NCBI GenBank assembly: GCA_009937575.1
Contig: JAACFI010000005.1
Span: forward strand, 140-64,139
Reading direction: 5' to 3'
From: Haliea sp.
GTDB lineage: Bacteria; Pseudomonadota; Gammaproteobacteria; Pseudomonadales; Halieaceae
Length of the DNA stretch: 64,000 nucleotides
The notes beneath the pieces were generated by a model. The model searched no databases. It was not told where the DNA came from and saw only the letters and a program-made list of their open reading frames with translations. Both the position numbers and the translations under genes were made by a program. This document shows positions 31,142 to 38,960 of this stretch, piece after piece (positions within the stretch are counted from its first letter, which is position 1; each line of letters begins with the position of its first letter).

Positions 31142-32437
31142 ATGCACTGGTTCGCCCTCGCCTTTAGAGTATTGCTGTTCCTGGTCGCGGGCATTGCCCT
31201 GGGCTGGTATTTCGGCTACCCGGTGCTGGGGGGTGTGGTGGCCATCCTGGCAGTGGTGTTCTTCTGGTGTTACCAGATGTGGCGCCTGCAGCAGTGGTTG
31301 AACAGCGCGCCCGAGCAACCACCCGCGGATGTATACGGTATCTGGGGGGAGATCATCGCGCGCATCTATCGGCACCAGCGAGAGGCGGCGGAGACACAGC
31401 GGCGCCTGCAGTCCACGGTGGACTACCTGTTGGAGTCCTTTACTTCCCTACGCGATGGAGTAGTCATCGTGGAACGGGGTGGCGGCATCCGCTGGTGCAA
31501 TGAAACCGCTACCCGGCTGTTGGGACTGCGCTTCCCTCAGGATACCGGTCAGGCGATCACCAACCTGGTCAGACACCCGGACTTCAGCGCCTACGTGCAT
31601 GCCGGGCAATACGCGGAACCGCTCGACCTGTTTACCAGCGGCGACAGCAAGCTGCACCTGCAAGTAACCATTACACGCTTCGGCGAGGGGGACAGCCTGA
31701 TATTCGTGCGCGACGTCACAGAGCGTCAAAAAATGGAGCAGATGCGCCGCGACTTCGTGGCTAACGTATCCCATGAGTTGCGCACGCCGCTGACGGTGAT
31801 CACGGGTTACCTGGGTACCATGTTGGCGGACAGCGACCACTTGCCGCCTCCCTACGTCAGGCCGATGCAACAGATGGAACAGCAGGCCGAGCGCATGGAA
31901 AACCTGCTCAAGGACCTGCTGTGGCTGTCGCGCATCGAGAGCGAGGAGCGACAGGAAAAACTCGAGGCGGTGGACGTCGGCGCCCTGCTGGAAGAACTGA
32001 GGGATGAATTGTCCGGTACTCACCCGGGGCGGGTGGTGGAATTAGAGCTCGAGTGCCAGCACGGCGTGACCGGGGATTACCGCGAGTTGTACAGCGCGGT
32101 GTCAAACCTGGTGCATAACGCCATGAAATACAGCACCCCGGAATGCCCGGTTGCCGTGAGTTGGGGGGAGCGTGACGGAAACTGCATCCTGTCAGTTCGG
32201 GACCGGGGCGTCGGTATCGACCAGGTGCACATTCCTCGGCTGACCGAGCGCTTTTACCGGGTAGATGACAGCCGGAGCTCGGCGACGGGTGGCACCGGCC
32301 TGGGTCTGGCCATCGTCAAGCACGTTGCCGCCTCACACGGGGCCGCACTTGAGGTCGAGAGTGAACTGGGTTCCGGGAGTACGTTTACCCTGGTGTTTCC
32401 CGGCAGTATCCATTGCAATATGCGTAAGCAAGCTTAG
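31142..32437 (+). CDS. phoR: Phosphate regulon sensor histidine kinase PhoR
   Basis: Two N-terminal TM helices, PAS region, H-box VSHELRTPLT, ATPase G-box GGTGLGLAIVKH. Confidence 0.92.
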   Translation: MHWFALAFRVLLFLVAGIALGWYFGYPVLGGVVAILAVVFFWCYQMWRLQQWLNSAPEQPPADVYGIWGEIIARIYRHQREAAETQRRLQSTVDYLLESFTSLRDGVVIVERGGGIRWCNETATRLLGLRFPQDTGQAITNLVRHPDFSAYVHAGQYAEPLDLFTSGDSKLHLQVTITRFGEGDSLIFVRDVTERQKMEQMRRDFVANVSHELRTPLTVITGYLGTMLADSDHLPPPYVRPMQQMEQQAERMENLLKDLLWLSRIESEERQEKLEAVDVGALLEELRDELSGTHPGRVVELELECQHGVTGDYRELYSAVSNLVHNAMKYSTPECPVAVSWGERDGNCILSVRDRGVGIDQVHIPRLTERFYRVDDSRSSATGGTGLGLAIVKHVAASHGAALEVESELGSGSTFTLVFPGSIHCNMRKQA

Positions 32438-32452
32438 AGAGAGGTTCAGCCA

Positions 32453-33175
32453 ATGTTGAAGCAGGAAGATCACAAGCAGCACATATCCGAACGGTTCAAT
32501 ACCGAACTCGAAGGCATAAAGAACCGCCTGCTGGAGATGGGCGGCAAGGTGGAAGAGCAGTTAAGTGCCGCGGTGGAGGCCTTGATAGACGGTGACAGCG
32601 GTGCGGCGGAGTCTATCATCAACCGCGACCACGAAGTCAATGAGATGGAAATGGTGATTGACGACGAGTGCGCCACTATCCTGGCCCGTCGGCAGCCGGC
32701 CGCCAGCGACCTGCGCCTGGTGGTGACGGTGATCAAGGTCAATACGGATATCGAGCGTATCGGTGACGAGGCGGCCAAGATCGCCCGGCAGGCGGTGAAG
32801 CTGGCGGAGGAGGGAATGTCGCCCACCAATTACGTGGAAGTGCGCCATATCGGCAGCCACGTGAGCAGCATGCTGCGCAACGCCCTGAACGCCTTCGCCC
32901 GCCTGGATGTCGATCTGGCGGTGGAAGTGGTCAAGGAGGACACCAACGTGGACAAGGAGTACGGCAGCGCCATGCGCAGCCTGGTCACCTTCATGATGGA
33001 AGACCCCCGGGATATCGGTGCCATTCTCAACGAGATGTGGGCGTTGCGCAGCCTGGAGCGGATTGGCGACCACGCCAGTAACATCGCTGAGCACGTGGTT
33101 TACCTGGTGCGAGGGATGGATGTCCGGCACCAGAGCCTGGAATCCTTCGTCGAGCAGGTCCAGGAGTCTTCCTGA
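32453..33175 (+). CDS. phoU: Phosphate signalling regulator PhoU (intact copy)
   Basis: Two PhoU repeats with ERIGDEAAKIA and ERIGDHASNIAEHVVYLVRG; 240 aa. Confidence 0.92.
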   Translation: MLKQEDHKQHISERFNTELEGIKNRLLEMGGKVEEQLSAAVEALIDGDSGAAESIINRDHEVNEMEMVIDDECATILARRQPAASDLRLVVTVIKVNTDIERIGDEAAKIARQAVKLAEEGMSPTNYVEVRHIGSHVSSMLRNALNAFARLDVDLAVEVVKEDTNVDKEYGSAMRSLVTFMMEDPRDIGAILNEMWALRSLERIGDHASNIAEHVVYLVRGMDVRHQSLESFVEQVQESS

Positions 33176-33183
33176 ACGCCTGT

Positions 33184-33212
33184 TTGTCAGGTTCCTGTCA
33201 CATTACGGTAAC
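33184..33212 (+). promoter_or_regulatory. Pho box upstream of pstS
   Basis: TTGTCAG-GTTC-CTGTCAC-ATTA-CGGTAAC (11-bp periodicity). A -10-like TAAAAT at 33223-33228 lies 10 nt downstream. Confidence 0.75.
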
Positions 33213-33293
33213 AATCGGCACATAAAATTCTCCGCGGGTAGACAGGCCAGAGCCCGGCTACCAACCCGATTCATATGACGGAGTGATTACCAC

Positions 33294-34436
33294 GTGAATA
33301 GAAAAATTCTTGGCGCAGTCGCCATTGCCGCCGTTATCGGTGGCATCAATACAGCACAGGCGCAGGGACGCGACACGGTCAGCGTCGTCGGTTCCTCGAC
33401 GGTGTACCCCTTTGCCACTGTGGTCGCTGAGCGTTTTGGCCGCTCCACCAGCTTCAAGACCCCGAAGATCGAGTCCACCGGCTCGGGTGGCGGCCTGAAA
33501 CTTTTCTGCAAGGGCGTGGGCGCGGGCACACCGGACATCACCAACGCTTCCCGCCGCATCAAGAAGAGTGAGTTCGACTCCTGCCAGTCCAACGGCGTGA
33601 AGGACATCGTCGAGATACTGGTCGGCTATGACGGTATCGCCATCGCCAACTCCAAGAAATCCACCCAGTTGCAGCTCAGCCGCAAGGACCTGTACATGGC
33701 CCTGGCCAAGGATGTACCGGGTGCAGACGGCAAGCTGGTGCCAAACCCCAACAAGACCTGGAAGGACGTCAATCCCGGGCTGCCCGCTACCAGGATCGAG
33801 GTGCTGGGTCCGCCCCCGACGTCCGGCACCCGCGACGCCTTTGCCGAACTGGCACTGGGCGGTGGCGCCAAAGCTGTACCTGACCTGAAAACCCTGCGCG
33901 GCCTGAAATCGGACCAGGTGGATGAGATCAAGGCGTCGATGGCCAAGCTGGGCATCCCCGCCGGTGTCTACCAGGCCCTGGTCGAGAAGAAAGGCAAGGC
34001 CCCCAAGGGCAAGGACATCTTCAAGACGGTTGCCTACTCGGTGCGTGAAGACGGCGCCTATATTGAGGCCGGTGAAAACGACAACCTGATCGTACAGAAA
34101 CTGGAAGCCAATCCTAATGCCCTGGGCATCTTCGGATTCAGCTTCCTGGAAGAGAACGGCGACAAGGTGCAGGGTTCACAGGTAGACAGTGTTGCCCCCA
34201 GCTTCGACTCTATCGCCAATGGCGACTACCCGGTGTCCCGTCCGCTGTACTTCTACGTCAAAGCGGCTCACGTGGGCAAGATCCCCGGCATCCAGGAATA
34301 CGCCATGGAGTTCACCTCCGAAAAGGCCATGGGTGAAGACGGCTACCTGCCTGAGAAGGGTCTTATCCCCCTCAGTGACAAGGAACTGGCCCAGGTTCAG
34401 GATGATGTTAAGAACCTGAAGCGCCTGTCGATGTAG
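33294..34436 (+). CDS. pstS: Phosphate ABC transporter substrate-binding protein PstS
   Basis: Signal peptide, then VVGSSTVYPF and TGSGGG motifs of the PstS/PBP-like-2 family. GTG start with GGAG upstream. Heads pstCAB. Confidence 0.88.
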   Translation: MNRKILGAVAIAAVIGGINTAQAQGRDTVSVVGSSTVYPFATVVAERFGRSTSFKTPKIESTGSGGGLKLFCKGVGAGTPDITNASRRIKKSEFDSCQSNGVKDIVEILVGYDGIAIANSKKSTQLQLSRKDLYMALAKDVPGADGKLVPNPNKTWKDVNPGLPATRIEVLGPPPTSGTRDAFAELALGGGAKAVPDLKTLRGLKSDQVDEIKASMAKLGIPAGVYQALVEKKGKAPKGKDIFKTVAYSVREDGAYIEAGENDNLIVQKLEANPNALGIFGFSFLEENGDKVQGSQVDSVAPSFDSIANGDYPVSRPLYFYVKAAHVGKIPGIQEYAMEFTSEKAMGEDGYLPEKGLIPLSDKELAQVQDDVKNLKRLSM

Positions 34437-34470
34437 TAAGGTGCTCCCTGCGCAGTGTTACCCTCGATCA

Positions 34471-34516
34471 AAACGGAGCGTCGCCTGTGAGCGGCGCATC
34501 CGTTTTTCTCTTTTTA
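34471..34516 (+). terminator. Intra-operon hairpin/attenuator between pstS and pstC
   Basis: AAACGGA GCGTCGC-CTGTGA-GCGGCGC(A) TCCGTTT, followed by TTTTCTCTTTTT. Confidence 0.65.
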
Positions 34517-34529
34517 CGATGAGGCGCTA

Positions 34530-35918
34530 ATGCAGACATCGACAGTTTTCCTGGTGCTGGTCGCCCTGAGTTTCGTCGGATTTCTGGTGGGGAGGAAGCG
34601 CTCCCATGCCGTGGCGGCGGGTGTCGGCGGGATGCACCTGTTGCACTCCCTGCCCAAGCACTACGGTTATATGGCCGCTCTGTGGGCAGGACTGCCGGCG
34701 CTGCTGCTACTGGTGCTCTGGATGGCCTTTGAGGCCCGCGTGGTGCACAACCTGGTGGTGGCGGAGTTGCCGGCGCAGGTGCAGCAGTTGCACCACAGTG
34801 AGCTGGGCCTTTACTACAACCAGATCGTGAGCTACGCAACCGGTTCCAGCGATGCGACCCTGCTGGATGAAAACCAGTTGTCCGCGGCCGAGCATTACCG
34901 AGAGCTGATGTCTAACAGTGGTTTGATGAAGGCCCTGCTGGTTTGCCTTGTGGCAATTATCGGCGCCTTGCTGGCAGTACAGCGGGTATCGCCGGCCCTG
35001 CGCGCGCGCAACCATGTGGAGAATATCTTCAAGTGGATACTGTTCACCTGCTCCTTTATCGCTGTTTTGACCACCCTGGGTATCGTGTTGTCGGTACTGT
35101 TCGAGGCCCTGCGTTTCTTCCAGTCAATACCCGTCACTGACTTCCTGTTCGGCCTGCAGTGGAGCCCGCAGATGGCGATTCGTATCGACCAGGTCGCGGC
35201 CTCCGGCTCCTTTGGTTTTGTACCCCTGCTGGTGGGTACTCTGCTGATTTCCATGGTGGCCATGGTGATTGCGGTACCAGTGGGCCTGATGTCTGCGATC
35301 TATCTGTCTGAATACGCCTCCAGGCAATTCCGAGCCGTTACCAAGCCGCTGCTGGAAATCCTCGCTGGTGTGCCGACGGTGGTATACGGCTTTTTCGCTG
35401 CCTTGACGGTGGCACCCTTTATCCGGGAGCTGGGCGAGAGCATGGGCCTGACTGTGGCCTCCGAGAGTGCCCTGGCGGCGGGTCTGGTCATGGGCATCAT
35501 GATTATACCCTTCGTCCTGTCCCTCTCAGACGACATTATCAACGCGGTGCCGGATTCCATGCGAGAAGCCTCCCTGGGTATGGGCGCTACCATGAGCGAA
35601 ACCATTCGCAAGGTGCTGTTGCCGGCGGCCCTGCCAGGGATAGTCGGTGGCATCCTGCTGGCGGTCTCCCGGGCCATCGGCGAAACCATGATCGTGGTTA
35701 TGGCGGCAGGCCTGTCGGCCAAGCTGACCGCCAACCCGCTGGAAGCGGTCACCACCATTACCGTTCAGATCGTCACCCTGCTGGTAGGGGACCAGGAATT
35801 CGACAGTCCCAAGACCCTGGCGGCCTTCGCCCTCGGCCTGGTGCTGTTTTTCGTGACGCTGTTGCTCAATATCGTCGCCCTCTACGTGGTCAGGAAATAC
35901 CGAGAGCAATATGAGTAA
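34530..35918 (+). CDS. pstC: Phosphate ABC transporter permease PstC (long form)
   Basis: 462-aa polytopic protein with an EAA-type loop region (EASLGMGATMSETIRKVLLPAALPGI). Operon position. Confidence 0.88.
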   Translation: MQTSTVFLVLVALSFVGFLVGRKRSHAVAAGVGGMHLLHSLPKHYGYMAALWAGLPALLLLVLWMAFEARVVHNLVVAELPAQVQQLHHSELGLYYNQIVSYATGSSDATLLDENQLSAAEHYRELMSNSGLMKALLVCLVAIIGALLAVQRVSPALRARNHVENIFKWILFTCSFIAVLTTLGIVLSVLFEALRFFQSIPVTDFLFGLQWSPQMAIRIDQVAASGSFGFVPLLVGTLLISMVAMVIAVPVGLMSAIYLSEYASRQFRAVTKPLLEILAGVPTVVYGFFAALTVAPFIRELGESMGLTVASESALAAGLVMGIMIIPFVLSLSDDIINAVPDSMREASLGMGATMSETIRKVLLPAALPGIVGGILLAVSRAIGETMIVVMAAGLSAKLTANPLEAVTTITVQIVTLLVGDQEFDSPKTLAAFALGLVLFFVTLLLNIVALYVVRKYREQYE

Positions 35919-37197
35919 AGAATCCTTCACCAATACCGCCGCCATCCAGGCCTCCCTGAAGAAGCGCTACGCCCGGGAAAAACGTTTTCAGTGGTACGGT
36001 CGCCTGGCGGTGCTGACGGGTTTCGTATTCCTGTTTATCCTGCTGGCAGACATCGTCGGCAAGGGCGCTCCGGCATTTACCCAGCAGTACATCAAAGTGA
36101 CCGTCGAGTTCGACCCTGATCGCCTGGGGGTGGAGCCCGGCGCCAGTGACGAGGAATTACGCAAGGCGGATTACCTGGGTGTGGTCAAGAGCAGCCTGCG
36201 CGCGATGTTTCCCGAGGCCAGCGGACGCCAGGAAAAGCGCCAGTTGTACCGCTTGATCAGCATTGGTGCGGAGTATGACCTGCGAGATTATGTGCTGGAC
36301 AATCCCGAGCTCATCGGACAGACCCTGGATATCTGGTTGCTGGCCCACGCCGAGGCAGGTGCCTATCTTAAAGGGCAGATCTCCCGGAAAATTCCGGAAG
36401 GCGACCGGCGGGTGAAGGATATCCAGATGCAGTGGCTGGATACCCTGCGGGAACAGGGGAGAACGGAATCCCGCTTCAACACCCTGTTTTTTACCGAGGG
36501 CGACTCCCGTGAACCTGAGCTCGCCGGGATCAAGGCCGCCCTGTACGGCTCTTTTTTCACCCTGCTGGTGACTTTTCTGCTGGCCTTCCCCATCGGAGTC
36601 TTTGCTGCGGTTTACCTGGAGGAATTTGCCCCCCGCAATCGCCTCACTGACCTCATCGAAATCAATATCAATAACCTGGCGGCTGTACCGTCCATCGTGT
36701 TCGGCCTGCTGGGACTGGCGGTGTTTATCAACTTCTTCGAACTGCCCCGCTCGGCGCCCCTGGTAGGTGGTATCGTGCTGTCCCTGATGACCCTGCCGAC
36801 CATTATCATTACCTCCCGCGCCTCCATCCAGTCGGTGTCGCCGTCAATTCGCGAGGCTGCGCTCGGGGTAGGTGCATCACCACTGCAGACGGTCTTCCAC
36901 CACGTGCTGCCGGTCGCTATGCCCGGTATCCTCACCGGTTCTATCATCGGCATGGCACAGGCCCTGGGTGAGTCGGCGCCACTGCTTATGATCGGCATGG
37001 TGGCATTTATCATGGACGTACCGGGCGGTGTCACCGATCCCTCGACGGTCCTGCCAGTGCAGATTTTCCTCTGGGCCGACAGCCCGGAGCGGGGCTTTAC
37101 GGAAAAGACCTCAGCGGCGATTATGGTGCTGATGGGCTTCCTGATCGTCATGAATGCCCTGGCGATCTACCTGCGCAGGCGCTTTGAACTGAAATAG
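35911..37197 (+). CDS. pstA: Phosphate ABC transporter permease PstA (long form)
   Basis: 428 aa. [26 protein letters not shown] loop. Overlaps the pstC end by 8 nt. Confidence 0.88.
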   Translation: MSKESFTNTAAIQASLKKRYAREKRFQWYGRLAVLTGFVFLFILLADIVGKGAPAFTQQYIKVTVEFDPDRLGVEPGASDEELRKADYLGVVKSSLRAMFPEASGRQEKRQLYRLISIGAEYDLRDYVLDNPELIGQTLDIWLLAHAEAGAYLKGQISRKIPEGDRRVKDIQMQWLDTLREQGRTESRFNTLFFTEGDSREPELAGIKAALYGSFFTLLVTFLLAFPIGVFAAVYLEEFAPRNRLTDLIEININNLAAVPSIVFGLLGLAVFINFFELPRSAPLVGGIVLSLMTLPTIIITSRASIQSVSPSIREAALGVGASPLQTVFHHVLPVAMPGILTGSIIGMAQALGESAPLLMIGMVAFIMDVPGGVTDPSTVLPVQIFLWADSPERGFTEKTSAAIMVLMGFLIVMNALAIYLRRRFELK

Positions 37198-37213
37198 TCA
37201 CACAGGCTTTAAC

Positions 37214-38068
37214 ATGCAAGGATCTGACGAGATGAATTCGATAGCAGTCACCGCAGACGGTATCGGTGAGGCGGGGGCGAGCAGCCCCGAGGCCGGCCTG
37301 GATATCCACGACCACAGCGATGTGAAGGACTACGAGACCGTTGGCGAGCCCTTCGTCGAGGACCCGAAAATGTCCGCGCGCAATGTCAATGTCTATTACG
37401 CTGACAAGCAGGCCATCATGGATGTGTCACTGGATATCGGCAAGAACGAGGTGATCGCGATGATCGGTCCCTCGGGTTGCGGCAAGTCTACTTTCCTGCG
37501 CACCCTGAACCGGATGAACGACATCATTCCCATCTGCCGGGTGGAAGGAAATATCAACCTGGAAGACCAGGATATCTACCGCGGCGACCAGGACACGGTC
37601 CTGCTGCGTGCCCGGGTGGGCATGGTATTCCAGAAGCCCAACCCATTCCCCAAGTCCATCTACGAGAACGTCGCCTACGGTCCGCGTATTCACGGCCTGG
37701 CCCACAGCAAGGCGGAACTGGACGAGATCGTGGAAAAGAGCCTGCGCCGTGCAAGCCTGTTCGACGAGGTAAAAGATGCCCTGGACAAACCGGGTACGGG
37801 CCTGTCCGGTGGCCAGCAACAGCGCCTGTGTATTGCCCGGGCCATTGCTGTGAGCCCCGAGGTGATCCTGATGGACGAGCCCTGTTCGGCGCTGGATCCC
37901 ATCGCCACGGCGCGGATCGAGGAATTGATCGACGAACTGAAAGAGCGTTACACCATCGCCATCGTCACCCACTCCATGCAGCAGGCGGAGGTGGGGGACA
38001 CCAAGGAGGTGTTCACCATGCCCAAGCACGAGTTGACGGAAAACTACATTACAGGCCGTTTCGGCTGA
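37214..38068 (+). CDS. pstB: Phosphate ABC transporter ATP-binding protein PstB carrying a 16-codon in-frame deletion after the H-loop (possibly inactive)
   Basis: Walker [24 protein letters not shown], Walker [13 protein letters not shown]-loop VTHSMQQA, then directly EVGDTKEVF...ENYITGRFG. The canonical ~16 residues (ARVSDxTAFMYxGxLV) are absent; the junction is 37987/37988. Start may be ATG 37232 (AAGGA upstream) rather than 37214. Confidence 0.85.
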   Translation: MQGSDEMNSIAVTADGIGEAGASSPEAGLDIHDHSDVKDYETVGEPFVEDPKMSARNVNVYYADKQAIMDVSLDIGKNEVIAMIGPSGCGKSTFLRTLNRMNDIIPICRVEGNINLEDQDIYRGDQDTVLLRARVGMVFQKPNPFPKSIYENVAYGPRIHGLAHSKAELDEIVEKSLRRASLFDEVKDALDKPGTGLSGGQQQRLCIARAIAVSPEVILMDEPCSALDPIATARIEELIDELKERYTIAIVTHSMQQAEVGDTKEVFTMPKHELTENYITGRFG

Positions 38069-38090
38069 TAGAACCCCGGGGTAGCGCACT

Positions 38091-38272
38091 ATGGAAGAAG
38101 ATCTGCACCTGAATCATCACAGCTCACATAAATACAACGAAGAACTGGAACACCTGCGCATGCTGGGGGCGACCACGCGGTCAATATCTGCGAGGAAGTG
38201 GTGTACCTGGTGAAGGGGAGCGATGTACGCCACCTGAGTTACGAAGAGATCCGCAGCAAATACGTGAACTAA
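38091..38272 (+). pseudogene. phoU: Remnant of a second phoU (N-terminal ~23 codons joined out of frame to the last ~35 codons)
   Basis: From ATG 38091: [26 protein letters not shown]..., stopping at 38211-38213. In the +2 frame from 38162: [35 protein letters not shown], a PhoU C-terminus (compare ERIGDHASNIAEHVVYLVRGMDVRH in the intact copy). Sits in the canonical post-pstB position, 22 nt after the pstB stop. Confidence 0.8.
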
Positions 38273-38457
38273 ATTTTATCGCCGTTATCCTCGGGCGCCT
38301 GTGGGGCTGCTCCAGCCCGCTCGGCTTCCTTCACTTTGCTTGAGATCAGCTTGGTGACCCAGTTCGATAGGGAGCGGCCGTCTGCCTCCGCAAGTTTTTT
38401 CGCCTTTTTTTTCAGCTCAGGATCAATTCGGATGTTGAGAAGTTTGGTCTTAGGCAT
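38269..38457 (-). CDS. Orphan ribbon-helix-helix (CopG/Arc/MetJ-type) DNA-binding protein, 62 aa
   Basis: [38 protein letters not shown]: a beta-strand, helix, G-turn, helix pattern typical of RHH antitoxins/repressors, then a disordered acidic tail. Lies in a visibly AT-rich stretch. Confidence 0.7.
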   Translation of the reverse strand: MPKTKLLNIRIDPELKKKAKKLAEADGRSLSNWVTKLISSKVKEAERAGAAPQAPEDNGDKI

Positions 38458-38502
38458 GCCAAGCTACTGAATAATAAGAACAAAGAGGCGGTATTTTAGC
38501 AC

Positions 38503-38553
38503 ATGTATATACCTTGTCTTGTGCTTTTTGTTGGTGTAGATTATGTATATACA
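38503..38553. promoter_or_regulatory. Two copies of ATGTATATAC (core palindrome GTATATAC) spaced 40 bp apart; candidate operators in a divergent promoter region
   Basis: ATGTATATAC at 38503-38512 and 38543-38552; the second extends to the perfect 10-bp palindrome TGTATATACA (38544-38553). Copy 1 lies between a minus-strand -35-like AAGACA and a -10 TAAAAT (forward 38493-38498). Copy 2 lies just after a plus-strand TTGTCT-N17-TAGATT. Confidence 0.5.
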
Positions 38554-38581
38554 AATGATATCACATCGCTAGGAAATGTGT

Positions 38582-38707
38582 ATGGATCTGCAAACGGCGA
38601 AGACCGAGCTCAAGTCCAGGTCGCCGCAAATTGCACCGCGTGCCCTCGCTGTGGAGGCGCTGGTCGTGGTGTCTGTCAGCTTCATGCTGGTAGGGATTTT
38701 CGCCTGA
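38582..38707 (+). CDS. Candidate small protein (41 aa) with hydrophilic N-terminus and C-terminal TM helix
   Basis: AGGAA Shine-Dalgarno 6 nt before ATG 38582. Product is MDLQTAKTELKSRSPQIAPRALAVEALVVVSVSFMLVGIFA*. Third codon positions are mostly G/C, like real genes here, although the surrounding DNA is AT-rich. Below the ORF-track size cutoff. Confidence 0.4.
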   Translation: MDLQTAKTELKSRSPQIAPRALAVEALVVVSVSFMLVGIFA

Positions 38708-38868
38708 TCAGCTGTCTTACATAGATTGCTCTCAGGGTTTTCGCAAGTTTCAGAGAGCCGGCAAAGGCGCGGTCTGCGTCGATTTTGATTCCAATGTCTC
38801 CCCCCTGGGGAACACCTCTCCCGCCATTGTAAATTGTTCAAATTATTTCTGATCGACACCTCCCCTCT

Positions 38869-38886
38869 GTCATGAAAATGTCATCT
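38869..38886 (+). promoter_or_regulatory. Pho box upstream of the porin gene
   Basis: CTGTCAT-GAAA-ATGTCAT is a near-consensus Pho box. A -10-like CATTAT follows about 8-10 nt downstream. It lies 75 nt upstream of ATG 38961. Confidence 0.75.
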
Positions 38887-38960
38887 CGGGGCATTATTCT
38901 GCCCACCGCTATGAGCACCTTTTGCTTATACCGCACTAACTTTTTCTAGGGGAATGAAAC

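Noticed and set aside
38503-38859. ORF-track candidates in the AT-rich islet: 38503..38724(+) 73 aa and 38569..38859(-) 96 aa.
   Set aside because: Neither has a ribosome-binding site or recognisable fold. The products are compositionally odd (Cys/Arg-rich) and the two ORFs overlap each other. The 73-aa ORF starts exactly on the palindromic operator. The shorter Shine-Dalgarno-preceded 41-codon frame (38582..38707) explains the coding-like third-position bias better.
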